A stretch of 35,997 nt of DNA from Candidatus Aenigmatarchaeota archaeon (GCA_039000685.1 JAWBNW010000002.1:1-35997); one strand, 5' to 3'; shown: positions 17,242 through 23,856, counted from the first letter of the stretch. The notes: a model not told the origin generated them from the letters alone. Made by a program: numbers and translations.

Positions 17242-18562
17242 CCAACAACCTCTGAAGTTTGTTTATTACTTCGGTTTCTGAAAATAGTTTGACTGGAGAA
17301 TTTATACCCTCCACCCAAACTTTAACTGTAGAATAAGGTAATTTGAATCTTTTAGAAATTTCTTTTATAGATTTTCCCTTTTCAAATTCTTTTTTTACCT
17401 CTAAAAATAGAGCATTTCTATATTTACTTCTTTTGATTCTGTTTTTGACGATCCTTAATGTTCTTATAAATTCCTTTTTCCTATCATCTGAAAAATTAGG
17501 AACAAATCTGAAGAACTTGATATAGTTTTCAGCACTACAAGATACGTAGAAGTAAGATTTACTTACCAATTTACCATCTTTGTTCCTTATGTATGATTCT
17601 TTGGACCACTTAACTGCAGTTGATTTTATACCAAATTGGCCAAGCAGCTTTCGGATTTCATTCATAAAATTCTCTTGTTCTTTTTTGAGTTCTAAAACCT
17701 TGCTTAATTGAAAACATAAATAAAAACTTCTTTTTGACCAAATTGGTTTTGTTCCATCTGCAGACCATAAGACACCAAGAAAAATTGACTTTAATTCATC
17801 GGGTAATTTAAAAACCCATTGAGGAATTTTTATAGCCTGAACAATTTTGTCTCCCTTTGGTGCTCCTGCTGCATAAAGAAGCCTTGAAATAGCAGCATTA
17901 TTAATAATAAGATAGTTAGCTCTACCTTTTATAATTCTATCTTGAAATACACCTTCTGTCTCCTTTGTTTTTAATTTACATTTTAATGAAGGTAATTCCA
18001 ATTTTATTTCTTTCATTAATAATTGAAGTGTTTTTCTATCTCCAGCCAATGTAATTTGTGTTAAATTATTGCCCAAATTACCATCTCCAAAAATCCATGC
18101 TAATATTTTCAAAAATAATTTAAACTTTGAATTATTCTTAGAAATTAGAGGAAGTAATCCTAACTTTGTCAGTGTAATTACACACCTAATAGCCCTTGGA
18201 GTAGTTTTAGATGACCAATTACTTACAGTTTGTTTAGGAATTTTTAATTTGATAGCTATATCTTTTAATTTTACTCCTTGCTTCCTCATTTTTTTAGCAG
18301 CAATATAATTGAAAGCTAGCCCCTGTTCTTTCTTATTGTAAGTTCTTATTATATCTTCAAATGTTACTATTGCGTCTTCATTCGTTTCAAAAAAATCTTC
18401 TTCATCTTTCCAGCTTTTACCTTGGAATCTTAAGCCTAGTTTTCTAGCCTTCTTTTGAACGCTATAATAACTTCTATTTAAAATTTTAGAAAGCTTAATT
18501 ACACCAAACTTTTCATAGTTATTTTTCAATAGCGTAATTTCTTCTTCTTTCCATTTCCTCAT
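17228..18562 (-). CDS. free-standing LAGLIDADG endonuclease-like protein with Myb/SANT-like and HTH modules
   Basis: N-terminal WKEEEITLL..., HTH IPKQTVSNWSSKTTP, LAGLIDADG motifs LAWIFGDGNL and FLGVLWSADGTK, and C-terminal HTH IKEISKRFKLPYSTVKVWVEG. Confidence 0.75.
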   Translation of the reverse strand: MRKWKEEEITLLKNNYEKFGVIKLSKILNRSYYSVQKKARKLGLRFQGKSWKDEEDFFETNEDAIVTFEDIIRTYNKKEQGLAFNYIAAKKMRKQGVKLKDIAIKLKIPKQTVSNWSSKTTPRAIRCVITLTKLGLLPLISKNNSKFKLFLKILAWIFGDGNLGNNLTQITLAGDRKTLQLLMKEIKLELPSLKCKLKTKETEGVFQDRIIKGRANYLIINNAAISRLLYAAGAPKGDKIVQAIKIPQWVFKLPDELKSIFLGVLWSADGTKPIWSKRSFYLCFQLSKVLELKKEQENFMNEIRKLLGQFGIKSTAVKWSKESYIRNKDGKLVSKSYFYVSCSAENYIKFFRFVPNFSDDRKKEFIRTLRIVKNRIKRSKYRNALFLEVKKEFEKGKSIKEISKRFKLPYSTVKVWVEGINSPVKLFSETEVINKLQRLLDDSF

Positions 18563-18606
18563 AAATTAATCTTGATGAGTAATGATATTTACTATTTCGG
18601 GACTTC

Positions 18607-18621
18607 ATTTCCGATGTTTCC
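18607..18621 (-). promoter_or_regulatory. GGAAACATCGGAAAT motif upstream of LAGLIDADG gene 17228..18562
   Basis: A direct GGAAA repeat 44 nt upstream of the ATG. A near-identical copy lies upstream of the paralog at 20720..20734. Both are followed by AAATAT and CTCAT. Confidence 0.35.
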
Positions 18622-18636
18622 AAAACCTAAGAGAAC

Positions 18637-19394
18637 TTATCTTCCAAACCTACGTTGCCTTCGATTAAACTCTTTTATACACCAAATTAAATCCCTTTTT
18701 GTAAAATCGGGCCAAAACTTGGGAAGAAATATTAATTCTGCATAAGCTGCTTGCCATAAGAGAAAATTAGAAAGTCTTTTCTCCCCTCCTGTACGAATTA
18801 AACAATCTATGGGAGCTGGAACAAGTAAGTTAGCTTCTATATCTTTTTCTGTTATCTCTATTCTTCCAAGCTTAATTGCCTTTTCTGCGATTTTCTTTAT
18901 TGCTTGCGTTAATTCAAACTTGCTTCCATAAGCAATCATTATGTTTAAAACCCTTTTCTGATATTTTGCAGTTTTTTGCATTATTTTTCCCATAAGTTTA
19001 ACGAGTTTTGGAGGCAATCTTTCCAAATCACCAACAAACCTTACCTTGACTTGATATTTGTCTAAAAAGCTTCCTTCTTTCTTTTCCCATCTTTCGAAGT
19101 ATTCATAAAATAATTTGAAAATTTCTTCCAGCTCTTTTTTTGGTCTATTCAAATTTTCTGTTGATAACACATAGGCTGAGACTTGTGGTATTCCAAGCTC
19201 TAAACACCACTGCAAAAAGTTTTCGAAATTTTTTATGCTTGTGGGCTTGTCGCCCAACAATTTGCACCGTATTTATGGCCTTCCCACGGCTGAAGACCAT
19301 GTAGCTTGGCCCACCTTCTGTCTATGGGATTTAAGCCTTTATAGGCTCAAATCTTTCCATCAAGTATTATTCCTAGATGATTTGGAACATTCAA
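18637..19394 (-). CDS. uppS: cis-prenyltransferase (undecaprenyl/polyprenyl diphosphate synthase), three exons joined by removal of two BHB mini-introns
   Basis: Exons are 19394..19355, 19321..19262 and 19232..18637, totalling 696 nt = 231 aa. The spliced N-terminus is MNVPNHLGIILDGNRRWAKLHGLQPWEGHKYGAKNFENFLQWCLELGI...STENLNRP...RTGGEKRLSNFLLWQAAYAEL...RRFG. TTG start preceded by the GGGGTGAT SD. Unspliced, the gene has a TGA and then a frameshift. Confidence 0.75.
19233..19261 (-). other. uppS intron B (29 nt, frame-shifting), BHB
   Basis: GTGC-[AA|A]-TTGT(T)GGGC-GACAA-GCCCACAA-GCAT-[AA|A]: H helix GTGC/GCAT with 3-nt AAA bulges. The boundary can slide within the A runs without changing the product. 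Confidence 0.7.
19322..19354 (-). other. uppS intron A (33 nt, contains an in-frame TGA), canonical hBHBh'
   Basis: (TTG)-ATGG-[AA|A]-GATTTGAGCCT-ATAA-AGGCTTAAATC-CCAT-[AG|A]-(CAG): H helix ATGG/CCAT and an 11-bp inner hairpin. Confidence 0.75.
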
Positions 19395-19398
19395 CTAT

Positions 19399-19406
19399 AT
19401 CACCCC
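19399..19406 (-). promoter_or_regulatory. Shine-Dalgarno for uppS
   Basis: GGGGTGAT lies 4 nt upstream of the TTG start. AT-rich TATA-like sequence sits further upstream. Confidence 0.4.
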
Positions 19407-19442
19407 ATATTTTAATTTTAAATAATGATTAAAATTTAAAAA

Positions 19443-20675
19443 TTAGCATGTAATTTCCTTAAGAAATGGAAACCTTTGTGTTAATAAATCCCAATCCTTT
19501 GGTAGTAGATTAAGCTTAACTGACTGAATAGCTATGTAAGCAGGTTTTTTAAACCAAGATTTAATAGTAGATCTAGGAAATCCTGTAATAATACTAATCT
19601 GGTTGGAAGTATAATTTTTAACTCGTAATCTTAGAACATTCCAATAATCTTCAGCAGAATATCTGTATTTCTTTTTATTTTTAATTATTTTATCAAGAGC
19701 GTATTCCTTCCTTTTTATAGTAAAACCAATTTCTTTCCTAAAAATTTCAAGATAATTAGAAAAACTAAATCTAATTTTATATAATTTTCTACCTTTCTTT
19801 GCAAGTTCTATTTTTGTAAAAATCCCGAACTTTGATAACAAAAATCTTATATCTTCTAATCCATTCTTGTTAGAAGAAGTTGCCTCGATTGCTCTATTAG
19901 AAATATCAACACTCCCTTCTGAATCAAAAAACCCTTTCAAGAAAGATGAAATTATAAGTTTATCATTATTTTTAATTATTTCTTGGGGAACTCTCCACAC
20001 ATACGAATTAAATTCACCGTACCTCTTTAAATCTTCATAAACCTTTTTTCTTTGTAAATAAACAATATATTGTCGTTTACATTTAGAAAGTCCAGAAGGA
20101 GTTATTCTGATACCGGGTGGTATATTACACTCTTTTGCAATAATACCATAAACATTTTTTATTTTATTTTTAAATTCATCGGCAAACTCTTTATCAGTAA
20201 CTCTTAACCCTAAGAAGTAATTAAAGTATTTATAACCTTTGTATTTTACCAACTTCCGATAGAGCATACCATCCCCACAAAGAACGCCAAGAATATAGGC
20301 TTTTGCTGGAGTTAATGTTTTATAATTTTTGTTTGGAATTTCTAATGGAGTTTTTCTATATCTATTTCTATCCCTAGGAATCTGAAATTTTTTCATTTGT
20401 TTAAAAATATAAGTTGTAGAGCAACCAAAAACTTTTGCTATTTCTTGAAGTGAAAGTCCTTTTTTGTAATAAAGTTCATATAATTTATTTCTCTCGAATT
20501 TTGGTAATCTCAAATCATTCTTTCTTATTTTTAAATTCTTATAGAGTTTCCACTCAATACTATCTTTTGATCTATTTAACCTTCTAGCTATTTCTTCATT
20601 TGATAGACGTTCTTTAGCATATTTTACCAATAAATTGATTTCAGTTTTATTCCATCTTCTTCCCATATCTATCAC
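19443..20675 (-). CDS. free-standing LAGLIDADG endonuclease-like protein with Myb/SANT-like and HTH modules
   Basis: WNKTEINLL..., HTH module LYELYYKKGLSLQEIAKVFGCSTTYIFKQMKKFQIPRDR, LAGLIDADG motifs AYILGVLCGDGML and FLKGFFDSEGSV, and C-terminal HTH ITGFPRSTIKSWFKK. 20675 is a GTG; the ATG at 20666 (MGRRWNK) is the likelier start. Confidence 0.75.
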   Translation of the reverse strand: MIDMGRRWNKTEINLLVKYAKERLSNEEIARRLNRSKDSIEWKLYKNLKIRKNDLRLPKFERNKLYELYYKKGLSLQEIAKVFGCSTTYIFKQMKKFQIPRDRNRYRKTPLEIPNKNYKTLTPAKAYILGVLCGDGMLYRKLVKYKGYKYFNYFLGLRVTDKEFADEFKNKIKNVYGIIAKECNIPPGIRITPSGLSKCKRQYIVYLQRKKVYEDLKRYGEFNSYVWRVPQEIIKNNDKLIISSFLKGFFDSEGSVDISNRAIEATSSNKNGLEDIRFLLSKFGIFTKIELAKKGRKLYKIRFSFSNYLEIFRKEIGFTIKRKEYALDKIIKNKKKYRYSAEDYWNVLRLRVKNYTSNQISIITGFPRSTIKSWFKKPAYIAIQSVKLNLLPKDWDLLTQRFPFLKEITC

Positions 20676-20719
20676 TTTCAGATATGAGCAAACACAATAT
20701 ATTTGTTTTTTTGAAGCAG

Positions 20720-20734
20720 ATTTCCGTTGTTTCC
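20720..20734 (-). promoter_or_regulatory. GGAAACAACGGAAAT motif upstream of LAGLIDADG gene 19443..20666
   Basis: Second copy of the motif at 18607..18621, 53 nt upstream of the ATG. Confidence 0.35.
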
Positions 20735-20787
20735 GATAAATTTTAAAATTATGATTTCCTATACTGAAGTATAAAAAAATTAAATAT

Positions 20788-20890
20788 GGGGTCGTCGTCT
20801 AACCAGGCAGGACAGCAGGCTCCAGTTTCATGGAGCTCGGATAAAAGATGAAGAAACCTGTATGTGGGGGTTCAAATCCCCTCGACCCCA
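20788..20890 (+). tRNA. tRNA-Trp (CCA) with a ~30-nt intron in the anticodon loop region
   Basis: GGGGTCG TC GTCT AACCAGGCA GGAC A GCAGG CTCCAG[intron]A CCTGT ATGT GGGGG TTCAAAT CCCCT CGACCCC A. All allowed intron placements give the anticodon CCA. Confidence 0.8.
20826..20855 (+). other. tRNA-Trp intron (30 nt; boundaries uncertain by up to 2 nt)
   Basis: At the canonical 37/38 placement the H helix would be CTCC/GAAG with a C.A mismatch. The strongest helix is TTCAT/ATGAA (20827-31 / 20848-52). This is a relaxed rather than strict BHB. Confidence 0.5.
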
Positions 20891-20920
20891 CTTGATTTTA
20901 CTTTTTAAATTATCAAAAAA

Positions 20921-21904
20921 ATGTTAGAATTAATTATGTCAATTGATATAATTGGGGGTGGGCCAGCTGGTTCTACCGCTTCAATATTCTTAGCTAAAAG
21001 TGGATTTGATGATATTAAACTATATGAAAAATCTGTTAAAGTCAGAAAACCATGTGGGGGTGGTTTGACTTTTAGGGTTCTTGAAAGGTACGATTATCTT
21101 TTGGAAGGTTTGAAAACAAACCCAATTAAAACAATTGTGGTTGATATTGACAATACTATAATAAAATTTGGGTTCAAAAAAGTGGTATTAAAAATAGTAG
21201 ATCGCTTAAAGCTTGATGAGCACTTAAGAAAAATTGCTAAAAGTCTTGGTGTTAAAATAATTGGAAAAAACGTTGAACCAAAAGAATTGAACGGCAAACT
21301 TGTGATTGATGCCAGGGGATTTGACTCGGAACAAAAATTTTCAATTGCAAAAGTTGCGATTTGTAAGTTAAAAGATTCTATCGCCACTTTCATTTTCAGG
21401 AAAAAATTCATAAGTAAAGGCTATTTTTGGATTTTCCCGATAAATGAAAAACTAGCCAATATAGGTTGTGCTGGAACTAAAAATGGTTTTAAAACTAATT
21501 TAGATGAAGTTTTTGATTGGTTTATTGAAGAAATTGGTGCTAAGCCTTTATCCATCATGAATTATCCTATAACTGTGTATAGTAAGATCAATAGTTTGAT
21601 TTATAGACACGACGATAAAATTGTGGTTAAAGTTGGGGAAAGGGCTGGCCTTGTTAACCCACTGACTGGGGAAGGAATTTATCATGCAATAAGAAGTTCA
21701 GAAATATTGGCTGAATGCATAAAAGACGATGTTTTTTTATATCAGAAAAGGATTGAAGATGAATTTAAAAAAGAACTAACAATTTCTAAATTCTTGGTTG
21801 ATTCTTTCCCTATAATGCCAAATTTCCTAAAAAAATTTTTATTAAAACATGCTGTAAAAATTATATTTCCGTCTACGAAAATTATAGAAATGTGTAGAAA
21901 TTAA
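20921..21904 (+). CDS. geranylgeranyl reductase-family FAD-dependent oxidoreductase (second paralog)
   Basis: IIGGGPAGSTASIFLAKSG dinucleotide-binding motif, DARG, and GERAGLVNPLTGEGI. An alternative start is at 20936. Confidence 0.7.
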   Translation: MLELIMSIDIIGGGPAGSTASIFLAKSGFDDIKLYEKSVKVRKPCGGGLTFRVLERYDYLLEGLKTNPIKTIVVDIDNTIIKFGFKKVVLKIVDRLKLDEHLRKIAKSLGVKIIGKNVEPKELNGKLVIDARGFDSEQKFSIAKVAICKLKDSIATFIFRKKFISKGYFWIFPINEKLANIGCAGTKNGFKTNLDEVFDWFIEEIGAKPLSIMNYPITVYSKINSLIYRHDDKIVVKVGERAGLVNPLTGEGIYHAIRSSEILAECIKDDVFLYQKRIEDEFKKELTISKFLVDSFPIMPNFLKKFLLKHAVKIIFPSTKIIEMCRN

Positions 21905-21905
21905 A

Positions 21906-22577
21906 TTATTTTTCTATCAATTCAACAAAAACAACAGGCCCAAGATTTTTCTTTTTAATTTTTCCATTTTTTGCTTTCTCCAAACAAATCAAATCTTGCT
22001 CATAAGTTGGTCCTAAGGGTGTGACTAAAATTCCTCCAGGTTTAAGCTGATCGATCCAAGCTTTCGGTATTCTTTCTCTTGGAGCTGCACTCGAAACTAT
22101 TTTGTCGTAAGGAGCAAATTCTGGTAAACCTTTTGAACCATCTCCCAGTACAAGCTTAACTTTATTCCAATAACCAGTTTTTTTCAAATTCTTCTTGGCA
22201 AATTCATAAGTCTCAGGGATTATTTCTATACCATAAACTTCTCCCCTTTCTCCAACAATTTCTTTCATATAAGCCAATAAGATTCCAGAGCCAGCACCGA
22301 TTTCAAGAACCTTATCACCTGGCTTGAGTTTTAAGGCAGAAAGGAAGATGGCGTGCATTTCCCCAACCTCTTAGGTGATATGGGGTGCAGATATGGTAAC
22401 ACCACCTGGGATTGGTAATGGCATATCAATGTAAGCATCCTGTTTATTTTCTGGGGGGACAAAATCCTCTCTCTTTACCTTTAACATTACGTTTTCTACA
22501 TTTTTGGATGTTATACAACCTGCTCTCACTAAACTTCCTATAACTTCTTCTCTTTGTTTTTTGAGTTCTTCTCTCAT
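21906..22577 (-). CDS. pcm: protein-L-isoaspartate O-methyltransferase, two exons joined by removal of a 21-nt BHB intron
   Basis: Exon 1 is 22577..22380 (66 codons, ending ...GGVTISAPH). Exon 2 is 22358..21906 (MHAIFLSALKLKPGDKVLEIGAGSG...). The spliced protein is 216 aa and its junction recreates TISAPHMHA. A GGAGGTG SD lies upstream. Confidence 0.8.
22359..22379 (-). other. pcm intron (21 nt, in-frame TAA), BHB
   Basis: TGCA-CCCC-[AT|A]-TC-ACC-TAAGA-GGT-T-GGGG-[AA|A]-TGCA: outer helix TGCA/TGCA, H helix CCCC/GGGG, 3-nt bulges and a weak inner stem. Confidence 0.75.
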
Positions 22578-23856
22578 CCAACACCTCCTCTACATGTTTA
22601 TATGATAATCCTCGAGATGCTTCTAAAACTCTCCGAGGAACAATACCATGAACCCAAGAAATCAATAACCAATGTTTTGGTATCTTTGATTTCTTATTTA
22701 ATCTAATTAGGTAATTCTCAGATGATAAGCCGTGGGTAGTATCACGATTACCGAACAAGATATATTTAATTTTTTCTTTGTGTTTAAAATAAGGTAAAAT
22801 ATCGTAACAAAACTTAACTGAATCGTCTACATTTGTTATTCCAGTCTTGAATGCAGAATGGTGATGTGTAGGACCATAGGGATTATAACCCAGATTTTTA
22901 AGTAGATTGTTTACATCCTTTACTGCCTTGAAACTTGCAGAAACTATGTGAAAATCTGGAAGATCTAATTTCTTAAAACCAAAACTCCCTTCTGATTCAA
23001 AAATTTTTGAAACCAATTGTAACTTTTCTTCTCTGTTTTTAGCTCTCTCTATTTCATTGAAATCGATGTTATAACTTTTAAAACCTAGAGAGAGTTTGTA
23101 TTTGAGACAAAGAATTTGCCTTAATGGTGCAGAAAAAATTTTTACATCTATTGAATTTGGTTTATCACATCTAGTTCCCACATGAATGTTTGATCGAGGC
23201 ACATAAAAATTTTTAATTATTTTTTCAACAATATTTCGTAATGAATCTTTGCCCTCTTTATTTTGAACTAAATTTATTTCCGTACTAGATATGCCTATAT
23301 ATCCTTCTGCCTTTAGCCAAGCTATAATTTCTCTTGTTTCATTTGTTTCTTTATTTACGAATAGGATACTATCATTTTTACTTTTTCCGCTAGCATAAAG
23401 TCTTTCTCCATTGATAATTTCCCAAAAGTTTAAATTTAATATTTGACATGCCTTAATGATAGCAGTTAAAGGTATCTTTGCTCTACCTGCAAGCCAACTA
23501 TCCACTGATTGTCTTGTCCTATCAACTAACTTAGAAAAACTGTCTTTGTATGAAAATGGGAGTTTTTTCATTGCTCTTTCTATTAAAATAATAAATTTCT
23601 TTTTGCTGGCTAAGTAAACTGGATTAAAACACACTCTTGGCATGAACGTTTTGCCACTTTGTATTTTTCTTTTTACTATAGCACCATCAAGACAAAACCA
23701 AAGATACTGTGAATAAATTGATTTTAGTGGGTTTTTTAGATTAATTTTGCATGCATTTTCAACCACACTTAGAGGTACCCATTCAGAATTACAATTTGTA
23801 TTCGCTAATCTAAGTGTTTCTTTAACTTTTTCATTGATTTGTACTTCATAATACAT
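22444..23856 (-). CDS. free-standing LAGLIDADG endonuclease-like protein with XRE-type and C-terminal HTH modules
   Basis: HTH RQSVDSWLAGRAKIPLTAIIKACQIL, LAGLIDADG motifs IIAWLKAEGYIG and LVSKIFESEGSFG, and C-terminal IPKHWLLISWVHGIVP. The last ~44 codons overlap pcm exon 1 in another frame. Confidence 0.7.
   Translation of the reverse strand: MYYEVQINEKVKETLRLANTNCNSEWVPLSVVENACKINLKNPLKSIYSQYLWFCLDGAIVKRKIQSGKTFMPRVCFNPVYLASKKKFIILIERAMKKLPFSYKDSFSKLVDRTRQSVDSWLAGRAKIPLTAIIKACQILNLNFWEIINGERLYASGKSKNDSILFVNKETNETREIIAWLKAEGYIGISSTEINLVQNKEGKDSLRNIVEKIIKNFYVPRSNIHVGTRCDKPNSIDVKIFSAPLRQILCLKYKLSLGFKSYNIDFNEIERAKNREEKLQLVSKIFESEGSFGFKKLDLPDFHIVSASFKAVKDVNNLLKNLGYNPYGPTHHHSAFKTGITNVDDSVKFCYDILPYFKHKEKIKYILFGNRDTTHGLSSENYLIRLNKKSKIPKHWLLISWVHGIVPRRVLEASRGLSYKHVEEVLDERRTQKTKRRSYRKFSESRLYNIQKCRKRNVKGKERGFCPPRK
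22582..22588 (-). promoter_or_regulatory. Shine-Dalgarno for pcm
   Basis: GGAGGTG lies 4 nt upstream of the ATG at 22577. It is inside the 3' end of the upstream LAGLIDADG ORF. Confidence 0.5.

Noticed and set aside
18571-18580. C-box-like TTGATGAG on the plus strand between uppS and the LAGLIDADG gene
   Set aside because: There is no D box (CUGA) and no terminal stem within a plausible distance. The region is better explained as the promoter and 5' UTR of the minus-strand gene.
18637-19432. uppS as a decayed pseudogene or assembly error (one in-frame stop plus one frameshift near the 5' end)
   Set aside because: Both disruptions are discrete inserts of 33 nt and 29 nt. Their exact removal restores universally conserved motifs and spacings. 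Each folds into a 4-bp helix with two 3-nt bulges, and the junctions obey the same cut rule as three tRNA introns in this window. Random decay would not produce this. A pseudogene remains the formal alternative until transcripts are examined.
20826-20855. Box C/D guide RNA inside the tRNA-Trp intron, as in some euryarchaeal tRNA-Trp introns
   Set aside because: Only a partial C-box-like AGAUGAA is present, with no CUGA D box. At 30 nt the intron is too short for a C/D sRNA.
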